Below, in pieces: positions 1-11,803 of a stretch of DNA of 64,000 nt. A program made the position numbers and the translations under genes. Within the stretch, counting starts at the first letter, position 1; each line of letters starts with the position of its first letter. Below the pieces are notes generated by a model. That model was not told where the DNA came from. It saw only the letters and a program-made list of their open reading frames with translations, and ran no database searches. The stretch comes from Lingula anatina (taxonomy: Eukaryota; Animalia; Brachiopoda): positions 52,430,788-52,494,787 of the forward strand of contig CM120640.1 of assembly GCA_051362555.1 (NCBI GenBank), in the 5' to 3' direction.

Positions 1-663
1 ACCCTCTAATTAAGAGGTAAAGGAAGTTCCAGTTAGATGGATGATTAAGATAGGACTTGTCAAGGTAACGGGCATTGTTTACCTCAGTTTAATAAAAGTA
101 TGCAAGACGGAGTGTCAGCGGTTTAATAAAATAAATTAAATTTCACAAATAACATGGACCTCATATGCAATAATCAACTCATTCAAATGCAGTGTTTTAT
201 ACAACTTGGGATAACCATAATGAAATGCTTGTTAAAGAAATGACTAGACGGGAAATGGTTTTACACAGCTTCACGAGGATTTAGACCCCTCGGGTAAGAG
301 ATTTGAATGAGTATAAACTTTTATCAGAAGCCAGAGAAGTCATCTTACAGGTAGACAATGCAGCTCAGTTTGACAGCTAAGCACGCTCTGTTCTCCAGTG
401 GCTCGATTGTCGTCATTGGACCACGTGACCACGTGGCTCATTAACTCCCAGGCCGAGCAAATAGGACGTTTTTTAAAGCTAAAAATTTACAAAATGAGCT
501 TTTAATTTGTGTATTTGGATTTAGATATCGTTAGTTGGGCATGTTTTCTGAAGAATATGTTCCGTTCAGGCCATTCTGACGGCATGAAGCAAACCCTTTA
601 AAGTTGTCAAGGACACCAGATGAATATAATGCAATAGTCTTCCAATCCTGTCAGCATACTCAC

Positions 664-2142
664 TGGAGTTTTGATGTAAGTGTGAGTATCAGGGAAAGGT
701 GGAAGGTAGTCTGGGATGTGACTCAGGTGGTCCTTTTTACTCCCCACCTGTAGAGATCTAGGGGTGTTACTGGCTGGAGTGTGGCTGGCTGAAAAGTTAG
801 AGGAGGATCGATGGTGCACTTTAAATTTTGTATTCAACATTGAATTTTAGGAAGAGATTGCTTTGAATAAAAAAAGAGCCGCAACTGTGTTTCAACTAGA
901 AACTTTGTTTTTCAAAGTGTCAGGGTATAAGTTACTATCTAAGAAAATATCTTAGATAAACATACTTATGTGTAGCATCATCAGATCACTCAATGGTTTA
1001 TATAAACAAGTAATGATCACAATAAGGAAACAATGCTATATTTACTCTTTAACATTTCAGTTACATCCATTCAAAGATCATCTAAAATACTGTCAAGTCA
1101 ATATTGTTAGAATGAAAAAAAGACGACCTTTCTTTCAATTAAACTGCAAAGTGCATAGAAATGCAGGATTATGGCACACAAAGTGCAATACTCACGTGGT
1201 AGAAGTACTGTTGCATTCGGTCTTTTGGCATAGGCTTTTATGGACTCAACATTTAAGCCTGGAAATAACAACACTGAGCGTATAAAACTGAAATGAATAA
1301 AATTCTAAATGCTGTATATGTTGCTTTTTTTTTCTTTAGTACTTTACAAAAGCAATGTTCAAAAAACAACTCACAGATGTTTATTTAAGAAAGTGGCATA
1401 CGTAACATGTCAAATATTTTATAGTGGAGCACTTGCATTACTGGATTTTTTCAGTTTCATTTTATATTAAAATCATCTTACCAAGATCCACCATAGACAT
1501 GACACAGTCTGCCACCATGACATCAGTTCTTCCTGAGAGCTCTGCATATGACCGAGACGTACGTCCTAACTCACTCAACACTGGAAAGAAAGACATGCCC
1601 ATTGCTATTGGTTAAAATATTGCCATGTTACTGAACTGTGAACACTTGATTTTTGTATTGTCATGTAAAGATAAAATTGGGGAAGAGTCAGAGTCAGGGT
1701 GTCCGTCACTTTGATTATCTGTGTCATTGTAAAACATTATTGGGTTCGCACCTGCAGAATGTTCAGTGGTCACTTCACTGCACTTACTACTAATACTGCT
1801 ACTTAGTCATTTATCTAATCTTGACTCGAGCCAAGGCTCCCACTTGTGCCAAGAACCACTGTACAGAGGCTTCTTGTGCCCTAATCCAACCTACAAGGCT
1901 TGTGGTACTGGTAAGTTAGTAGTGGTAGGAATGCTACATTAACTACAAAGCCAAAGGCACGACCCAGTATATAGTATACATAGTAATTATCAAAACTTAC
2001 GACTCTGTAACATTTCAGTTAATGTCTCAATGGCAATATCTTCTGCCTCGCCATATCCAACTTCGTTGCATATGGCTGCAACCGCTACTTTCAGTGATTT
2101 TCTGTAGGGATTTGTGCTGACATTGGAATCGGCTTCCGCCAT
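664..2142 (-). CDS. TAF8: TFIID subunit 8, 5' part; exons 2142-2001, 1580-1482, 1258-1196, 788-664; remaining exons presumably left of the window
   Basis: Spliced translation MAEADSNVSTNPYRKSLKVAVAAICNEVGY...ETLTEMLQS / LSELGRTSRSYAELSGRT (histone fold) and HIPDYLPPFPDTHTYIKTP (TAF8 C-terminal motif); GT-AG junctions with consistent phases. Confidence 0.93.
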
Positions 2143-2881
2143 GTTTTTCGAAATTACCACAACTAGCGACAGGCGGCAGCACTCATTAAGAGGCGCTGAG
2201 TCGCATTGCTGACGTGTCGAGATGTCTAAGTTCGAAATCCTCCTAAGAGCGTTAACAGCGTATTGAAATTAATCAGTTATGTCTTTGCCAAAATAAAGAG
2301 ACAAAAGACCAATTATCGTAAAGCACAATGCACTGACATAATCGGGGAGAAATGAGCGACCATTCCCAAAATTTTAAAAAAAACGCATAAAAAGTGTTAT
2401 TTTTTGATAGCAAGACTTGAAAGTGAATGTCTGGACTAAAAAAGAAGGTTAATATCCACAATTGCACGAGTTAAGGCCCATCTTAATATAAATGTGAGGT
2501 ATTTAGGGGTGTTTGATAAAGAAGATAACTTTGAACAGCACAATTAATTTGATTTATTGGTTTTCATTTTGTTTAAAACATTCATATGTTATTTTTGGTG
2601 TTTTAATTTTGAAGAAATCTAATGGTCAGTGACAACTATTGACCTTTGAGGAATTATAGTTATTTCTTAATAAAAAGTACTCAAAAACGCTTTGACTTAG
2701 ACTCTATACCGTTTGTTTATTCCTGGAAAACCACAAAAAAATACAAGCGACTCTTTTATTAATGTACACAATTAGGGATTTGATTTTTTACAGCTCAGCA
2801 ATAAGTAAAAAATGTCGAATACTGTTCTTATGATTCAAGGATATTCATAAATAAAGACTTAAAAATACAATTTTTTTTTTT

Positions 2882-5175
2882 TTAGTCTAGCTCGGTTTCA
2901 GTGTTAACATCTGTTTCCAGTCTCAGATTGGAACCAAGGCAGACCGCCGAGAAATGTCGCTGGAAAGATCCAAACACCTGAGTATTATTCATGCCCAAAT
3001 AAAGATTGTCTCTATTAATCAGTGGCATGGGTACGTCTGGCACGCTGATGGCGCTTAAATCAGAGGCGAGAGCGCTGTCCGCTGAGCAAGATGACCAGGG
3101 GCGGATACCAGCACTACGGTTGATGTAAGCAGGGACATCCACCTCTGAGAAACATGACCGAAGAGGGATACGTGGCTTTTGTGTTCTCCTGCCTTGCCAC
3201 ACCAGTGAAGACCACCGCCGCCGTGGGAAGAACTTTGACATCCTCACCGGCCAGCAGGAGATCTGAGTGACCAACACCATCTCAAGTATTCTGCAGAAGA
3301 ATAACAAAGCCGCTTTTGAAACAACGGAGAGTTGGGATGTTGCAGAGGCAACGGTCATTGAAGGAGACGAGACCCTTTCTTCAGACTTCGGTTTACTGTT
3401 AGGATATGGCCCATGCCAAATCACTGTATGGTCTGAAGAGGGGGATTGCCTATCCTTGGGTGGTGTCCTTGTTTCCTGTACTCCTGAGATGTGAGCAGCC
3501 AGAGAGATTTCCAGGTCGCGACGCCGTGTTTTGGGGCGAGCGATTTTTGCTGGTGCCTCAGGGACAGGAAGCTGTTCAGAGGGTTGATGAACTCCAGGCA
3601 GAGCTGGCGGTACGGGAGTGCTAATTAATGCGCCTAGAGATACTTGCGTGGTCACAAAAGGCGCCGGATTTGAATATCTACTGATACTCGAGTAGGGAAT
3701 GGTTGCTAAAAAGTCAATAAGCATAAGTGAATTTTATGTAACTTTGTTAAGTTATTATCTGAAAAAAAAAATCTTTATTGTGCAGGCCTCAATAAAGAAT
3801 AAAAAGTGTATGAAATGAACTTAAATGAACTTACAGCCGAACTTATGGCACATTAACAATTTTAAGGCTAATTCAAAACTTATTCAACTTAAAGAGCATA
3901 TAGGCCCTATTTCAGATATTTCTCCTTATTTCGTTGAGTATACTCACTTAAATTCAGTTTCTTGTGCAATGATCTGACTGACTGCACTAGCAGAATAGCA
4001 ACAATGGCGCTTGTGATGCTGATATATAGCAGGCACGCAAATAAGGTAGTAGAGAGCTCTATGCTGCAGAGGGACATTACAGAGACCAATATGTCCCAGA
4101 GAAGAGGAGCAGCTGACTCTAGCACATCTACTACCATTTTCAGGAACCATGACAGAGAAACTGAAAGCAAGGACGTGAAGGTTAAGAGGGAAAGGTACAA
4201 AAAGGCAGCTGAATATTTTTGCAAGCCATCTGTTTCCTTGCCATTAAATTTAATTATTGTGTTATTTTTTGTATAATTATTATGTGAGATTAAACGTCTG
4301 ACTTACAAAGAAATATTGGAAGTATGGGTGATGTCCGCTCTTGTGGAATCCGATTGTAAGATTTAAGGAAAATCTTTATTATCACAATGGCACTGATCAT
4401 CGCCATCTCTGTCGAGTAAAGATCCAAAGTAGGCCTAATGAAGTTTACAAGTTTATCAACTCCCAGGTTAAGCATGCGCTGAACACTGGCCACTTTTCTC
4501 TCAAACCAACCCTTATGCACCACAAAGTTGTCTGCTGCGTATTCTTTTAAATACACTCCATATGCATATGGCGATGTCATTTTTGTAATGGTATTTACAG
4601 ATTGGCTCCAGTCTTGATTATAGATATATGAAATTGAAATAAAAACTCATAAGTGGATTTGACAAGACCGAGGAATAAAATTATTGAAGATCTGTTATAT
4701 TACTGATAAAAAATTTAGAACCAGCAATTAAATTTTAGATAAATAAAATGTCAAAAACCATAGGTATATATTTTTTTGCTGGAGGGAACTCACAGTTAAT
4801 GGTACAATCGCCGTTAGCAAATATACTAGGAGAGGTAAGTTCTGCTTCCTTACTGTTGTCTCCGCCGACGCGCTTTCTCATCCATTCTTTTTTCGGGACA
4901 TCGTTTATCTCACCGTAAGAGCTTGTGCATTGCACACCGATGTCCTCTGCCAGATTGCAGACGTGATCCCGATAGGGACTGCAAAATGAAAAAATAATAA
5001 GAAGAAACAAGTCGATCATTATAATTAAAGATTTCGCCGATTATAAGGCATTTGTTATTCTTTCAGTTGTCTTCGTCGAGTCTCCCTTAAACAACTACAC
5101 CATATCGTATCCTTACCCGTTGTCAATTAAGTTCTGTATCGTCACGATAAATAAACATATCAATTTAAGATCCAT
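2882..5175 (-). CDS. Predicted uncharacterised ~551-aa membrane protein; exons 5175-5117, 4978-4794, 4612-4307, 4229-3948, 3705-2882
   Basis: Four ORF-track ORFs plus a short first exon join through GT-AG sites with matching phases (2,1,1,1) into a 1656-nt open frame: hydrophobic N-terminus, hydrophobic exon 4, Pro/Ser-rich tail. No family recognised; two acceptors are weak. Confidence 0.55.
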
Positions 5176-6926
5176 TTTCAAACTGTTAGGCATGACACGA
5201 TTCTTTATCTTTGGCCACAGCCATGATTTTTCATCATTGCTATGATACAGATAGGCCTACCAAGTTACATATAAATGTACGTCACAAGAAAAGGCACGTC
5301 ACTTTACGTCCTAAACGTATTGTCATATATGACGCTGTCGAAGGACCATAAAATATCAACTTACATTAGGTCTGAAAATTAATTTAAATAGGACCATTTT
5401 TTCAACTTTCGCTAAAAGAATGTGAAGAGATTAACACGATGGGGAATGCTCCCCCCCCCCCCCCCCCCCCTGTACGTTAATAACCATAATTTAAAAAAAC
5501 ACTCCCACCCTTTCTTATTTACGTCATAAGTAATACGTCGCTTTACGTCATGACGTTGCAAGTGGAGGAAAATAGTCTATGCTTGAAAAACGTGATAGAA
5601 CTTGGCAAAATTGGGATATCAGCATGTCTTTTTTTTTTTTTTTTTTTTTTTTGAAATAATAGGAAAATTAACGCTTAAAATTCACGCTTACTGGCCGATC
5701 ACTTTATTAGAAAGTAAGCGAGGACAATTTTACTATAATATGGAGGGACAGGAATGGAAATTACCTTTTTTTTCGGTTATTGGTAGGGGGTGAGAAGGAA
5801 GCTAAGAGGTGGCACATGCCCTCCCCCTGGACACGCAACTGGTGATTTTTGCTTAGTCGACGAGGAATTTTGCCCCTTTATTACAGTGAATTGCGTTTTG
5901 TTATTTACTTGAAATTCCCAATTTACACCGTTTAAACATCTTATGGACCATTTACAATGAATTTTGTCGACCTTACTCATACACATTCATTTCTGCTAGC
6001 TTGGAACACCTGCTCAAGAGAGAGAGATAATTGCTTTATGTGAACCCATTTACAAAGAATAAGAACACCACGGGGACTCTAGCAGAATTCATCAGAATTA
6101 AAGACTATCACACCGCCTCCTGACATTGATTGGAGTGCAGAAAAGCTGGTGATTATATGAATTCATTGGAAACAAGAGGAGCTGTTTTAAAGTAGTCTAT
6201 TAATCTGATTGCATTCAGCAGGAGTCACTGTGGAGTCAATGCAAATTAGCTAGGTTGACAAATTTCATTGTGGACGGTCTATTACTGGTAAGAAAATGAA
6301 TATTCACAATCTGCTGCATGGAGTTCTCTGTCCCCAAATTTATCTGTTGCTGGTATGGTTTTCAGAAAACAATAAAAGATCATGTATCTCCAGTTGTGAA
6401 AAAAATCTGCAGCCGGTAAAAAAAAAAATTAATACTGTGAACAACAACATGTTTTCCCTCTTTATTTACTACTTTTTATATATATTCCATCTACAAAACA
6501 GATCTTCAACTTCATATCCTATGAGTGGCATAAAACAGCTGGCAATCTTAGTTCAAATATCATTATATGTGCAAAAACAGTAGTTATATAAAACAAAAAT
6601 GAGCATAACTAATTTAAATATAACCAGTAATTACATAAAGTCACTCTACCTCACATAAACACTATAATAAAATATAGAACAAATAAATACCAGTACATGC
6701 TGCTTGTAATTGTACAAATAAAATGTGCATTAAAGCACATTATCAAAAGAAAATATTATGGAATATAAAAGCAGTATTCTAATACAATTTTAATATTCTT
6801 ATTTCATAAAATAGAACATGTTGCAGTCAATGAAATATCAATGTTTTGTGCCATGTGTAAAGAATGAAGTGGTGCTTGAGTACATATTCAACCATATTCC
6901 GTCGATGAGATACCAGTACATATGTA

Positions 6927-9900
6927 CTATTGTTCAACATCAAAGACCACACTAAGCTGTCTCAGGCATTCGTCAGTTATGGCCAAAATGTCCAAAGAAT
7001 CCTGGTGACTCATTAGAGAACTTTCCAGCTTACCTTAATAAATAAAAAAAATATATTACATTGTATTGGCATATTCATATTATCTATAGAAAGATATCCA
7101 AGTAAACTGAACTTCCCATATTTTAATTTGTCATTTTCTTCATGTAATGCCAAAGTATAATATATGCATACATAAGATGTCACTATTGCATCTAGGTTAG
7201 ATTAAGTACTGGTAGTTATTCCCCAACAGTGATCATATCCACCATCAAGTGTCCTCAAATATAAAAAAAATATTGATATAGATGCTTACCACTGATGAGG
7301 CATTCCCTAACTGCCTGTGCCTGGTAGCAGAGACCCTCACTGTGAGTCAACTTAATTGGGTAATGACATTTTGGTAATGGGAAGTCATATGACTTGTCTG
7401 GAGTGATAAGCCTGGTGGGACACCAGAAAGTTTCAGGAAGCTAATAGAAAAATCGATTATTATTTATCTTTATTGTTATATCAGGTAAAAAACATCCTTA
7501 TGTACCAGCACATAAATATATAAACAATAAGAATTCAATCAATTTCAAGTTTTAAAAAATTTATATTTAATGGACCACAAAGACTTTTGGTAAAATTATA
7601 CCATTTAGTATTTGAATGTTAGTGTTCTCCCAACAGGTTTATTAGTAAATGAAACCATTATATGTGAATATTGCACAAGGGCACATTCCAAATTTTACAT
7701 TTTTACCTCTAATCTTCCCTTTTTCCCATAAATGGCAGCTTTGTTGGGCAAGTTCACATTGCTGCTCACCACAAGATGAGCCATAGCACCACTAGAGTAG
7801 AGTAAAGCAATGCTCATGGTCTTGTCAACACCTGCAATAATATGTAAAATATGTAGTTAACCCCATAGCGCCTGACAGCATCTGACCTAGAAAGTGCCCT
7901 TGGTCCTGAGCCCTCTACACGGACGCACTCAATTTTACAGGCGGCCTCATTTAAGCAATAATAATGTATACACTTGTCTAGAAAACACCTAAGAACTGTA
8001 CATTTTTAGAAAGCCAACAATGCAAGCTTTAAAGTCATATCAGTTCTATTCATATTTGTTAACTTAGGTAGAAATAGCAGGAGTTTAAATATGAGACTTG
8101 CTTTTCTCGAAGAGAAGTAAAAAACAAAACTTTAATTTCAGCATACACATTCTTTTTCACTTTACCAAACAATTTGTTGAAATTTTCTCAGAAACATTTG
8201 AAATATATTTTAAATAATGTCAGAAAATTTCAGAAAGATATCTAATTTAGTTTTTGAGTTATTATAAATTTCCTGGGATGCGTGCTGTACCTAAAAACCT
8301 TCATCATGTCAGTTAGTTGCACAATATACTGGCAGGCTAGCTGACTGGAAGACTTCCACCTAATTACGTTTATGATTACAAATAGATTGTAAATTGAGTG
8401 CCTTTTTCAATAGTTCTTCTATAGTTTTTTAATCAACTGAACCAGGTTACTCATAAAATTTTGTTTTGCACTCAAATCATACATGTATACAAGAATACAA
8501 ACAATATCATGAGCAAATATTACACTTTCGTGAATAAAAATTGCATCATAAAAATACAAGCAAACGTGGAATTTGTACTAATACACAAGCAGGAAAAGAT
8601 GTTGATACAGCGCACTAGTAAACATATTACATCTGTATTTATACTCAAGCAGGAAAAGCCATATGTAGATGCAGCACACAAGTAAACATATGTCATTTGT
8701 ACTTATACATAAGCAGGAAAAGACATGTTGATGCAGTACAACGTAACATATGACATTTGTATTTATGCACAAGCAGGAAAAGACGTTGATACAGCACACA
8801 AGGCAACATTTAGCCTGACTTGCCACGGAACGTTTACAGTCATTTTATCAGCAATATAGCCCTTCCAATTACTATTGTCGTCTGCGTGGTTACTGCCGTT
8901 GGTGTCATCAGCGTTTTTCATAAATCAAGCCCCACGTCCGAATCTGCTCTCTGACAACTCATACTAGCCAAAGGTACATAATCTTTGAAGTTATCGGAGT
9001 ATCAAAATCTATCAAGGACACTTCCCCGAAGTCTGAATTTTCTAACAAGACTAGAACATTTCTCAAACCATAATTTCTGCGGAATTCTCGTCGCCATTTT
9101 GACTTCTTAGCGCCTCAACAATGGTTGAAATAAATCGCTTTTTCATTATCTAATTCTTGCTACACGTCTTTCAAAAGCCGGTAGTAAACAAAAAACTAAC
9201 ATTGAGTTATTCTTGTGATAGAAGCTTGAATTGTTACAAACGACAGAGGACAGTACAAGCATGTAAACACAGATACCGCGTATGTGCGGTTCCCGGCACT
9301 GAGGACTTTTTAAAACGAACCGCATATGTGCGGTTCCCGGCGCTATGGGGTTAAAATACAAGCGCATAGGAAGCTAATATTAAGTATTTCAGAAAAAATT
9401 TAAAAATCTTAACCATGCAATTGTTCAGGAAAAAAATGTTCATAGAAGGAGATGTTGGTGAAATCTTCAGAATGTAAGTCAATCGATAAAATTTACATAC
9501 CATTTGGGTATAAATGACCCGAGGCAACTATTTTGCTTGGCTTCCCACCTAATACCATACAAGCCAGTTGGATGGGATAAATACCAATATCAAGTAAGGT
9601 GCTGCCCCCTTGTGACTTTTGTGTGATTCTGTCTAATTCAGAAAGATCCATGCCAAAAGATGCCTCTACCAAGTGAACCTCTCCAATTGACCCATTCCTT
9701 AGTTCTTTCCTTATTTGCTCATATGTAGGGAAGAAACGGCTCCATAAAGCCTAAAATCAAAATGTGAAGTTTGGTATCAACTGTGATTTACGCATGATGC
9801 ATTCTTTTTGTTGTAACCATCTGGTTCTGAGAATGTAAAAAAAAAACAGGGTTTAGATAAAGTATTTCAGCTCAAGATTTTAACACAAAATCAGTTTCAT

Positions 9901-10829
9901 TTTGATATTAGAAAAATGAATATTACAAAAACAGCAAATTAAGTAGCTTATGTCACATGCTTAATGCATTACCTCATATTCTTGTACACTGATAGTCTAT
10001 GTAATTAATGTGCACCAACTCAACATTCAGGTCATCTGATTTTTGAAAAATTATATATACAACCTAGATAAATATGTACTAAACCAACACTTCAATATCA
10101 TATACATGTACCTCCATAAAGAACAACTTCTTCTCACTTGCAACAGCTATGATTTCTTGTGCCTGCTTCAAATTCATGGTAAGAGGTTTTTCACATAATA
10201 CTGGTTTGTTATGATGAAGGAATAACTTGCACAGGGAATGATGCTCCTTGTGAATTGCACCCACATAAATAATATCTGTTGAAGTAAATTTAACAAGTAT
10301 GATTTAATCATAATTTAATCATAATTTTTTGGAAAATAATATCCATTTTCTGTTTATATGTTCATTAATTATAAAATAATCATGACTATGCCATAATCAA
10401 TTTTAGGAGAAAAAATAATAAATTAAACCCCTTGTTATTATTAACCTACCAACATTTGGATCTTTGGCTAGTTCCTCATATGACCCATAAGCCTTAGGAA
10501 TACTGTATGACTCTGCGAACTTTTTTGCTCTTCCCACATCACGAGCAGCTACAGCTGTTATCTAAAACGCGTAATACAACTACATGCACATGTATGTCTG
10601 TTCTTTTTGCATTTTTTTTTTTCATAAAAAGAAATTGTTGAAGTGCAAGTATCAGAGACAGCTTTACTAGTACAGTTTGACTTTGATAAAATAACATGCT
10701 TATAAGTTATATGTATTTAAAAACATGTTCCCTGTGTACCTTGTGTTCCTGGGAAGACAAAATAGTCAGTGAACTAGCAAATTCATGGCTGATGCTCCCA
10801 CAACTACATATGCCCCACCTAGTAGCCAT
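6927..10829 (-). CDS. DHDH: Dimeric dihydrodiol dehydrogenase / D-xylose 1-dehydrogenase (Gfo/Idh/MocA family), 332 aa; exons 10829-10740, 10561-10450, 10275-10112, 9750-9501, 7831-7707, 7440-7290, 7033-6927
   Basis: [61 protein letters not shown]; seven exons sum to 999 nt. Confidence 0.92.
7861..9350. mobile_element. Non-autonomous piggyBac-like DNA transposon in a DHDH intron
   Basis: TTAA|CCCCATAGCGCC ... GGCGCTATGGGG|TTAA (12-bp TIR, TTAA target duplication); subterminal repeat TATGTGCGGTTCCCGGC twice; no transposase seen. Confidence 0.85.
8570..8810. repeat. Minisatellite, about 4 copies of a ~62-bp unit, inside the piggyBac-like element
   Basis: Recurring AAGCAGGAAAAG...TGATRCAG at ~62-bp spacing. 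Confidence 0.8.
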
Positions 10830-11006
10830 TTCCCTGCAAATAAACAAAAAGACCAACCATTCACACGGAATGTGAATAAGGTGAGATTTCTCATTCCTGA
10901 TCTCTGCAGTGTCCAATCTGAAAATTCTTTTAGTAAGTAAAAGATGAAACTGAAAGTGATCTGATCACTAAGATACGGTGCTATTGAAGAGAAATAACGT
11001 GCGTTA

Positions 11007-11355
11007 CCTTGCGATGTTTAGACTTGATTCGTGGTCAAATTAACGTGTTACTTAAAAAATAAGTAAATCTGTTTAAGTCCTAAACTAGTTCCCTTCTTTT
11101 ATAAGTGTTTGAACTAGGAAAATCCTGTTTCTTAAGAAAAGGGACCGGCTGCATGGTGACCTTGACCTGGTTACGTTAAAATAATCTGACCAATGGTAAA
11201 CTAGTTCTCGAAACGCGTCCTGCATTTTCATCCAATCAAATGCCATAGAACAAACTTTGCACTTTCTTTAAATCTTGAAAATATTGAACTTACAAAGTAG
11301 GTGTTGTAAATATTTTACAACTGAATATCACAGCCCTTATAGTATGGATGTGCAG
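11007..11355. promoter_or_regulatory. Probable bidirectional promoter and non-coding first exons of DHDH (-) and kinesin-14 (+)
   Basis: Divergent donors (minus-strand AAG|GTAACG at ~11007, plus-strand CAG|GTAAGT at 11355); CCAAT at ~11190 and ~11233; CHR-like TTTGAA and CTTGAA. Confidence 0.5.
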
Positions 11356-11803
11356 GTAAGTTAATATTAAATTGTAAATGCTGAAGTGCTTTGTGATTTT
11401 GAACGCAGTAAGGTTGCAGGAGTGATGACACCAATAAACTACGACGTGCATACATGTATATACCAGGTATATTTTTGGCCTTCGGCTTATTAAATTCAAA
11501 TTTGACTCTTACTAATTTTTTCAATTAATTTTTATGATGAAATAATATAGTTTCATGCATTTACAGAGTCCTTAATCTGTTTTTCATGTTGTACAGAAAT
11601 CAATTACATTATTGTGATATGCTAGAAATGATCCATTATTAATATGAGCCGAGGTGAGGGGGGAAATGAAGAAATGAATCGTAACAAACAAAACTTATAA
11701 ATCCAAAAATCATATAGCAAGAACCATAAAACATTCAGCTTTGTTTGCTACATGATATAAACCCATTACAACATTGTAGAATTTAAAAATAAAACGTCAA
11801 ATT

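Noticed and set aside
270-305. Short similarity to 62370-62402 (GAGGATT..ACCCCTC..GTAAGAGA), possible SINE or tRNA-derived piece
   Set aside because: Only ~25 bp, with no cloverleaf or clear A/B boxes
3267-4550. Plus-strand ORFs of 69-104 aa
   Set aside because: Antisense shadows of the minus-strand gene model; no consistent splice chain found
6000-6287. Exon-like segment on + with AG and GTAAG boundaries
   Set aside because: Stops in all three frames and no recognisable homology
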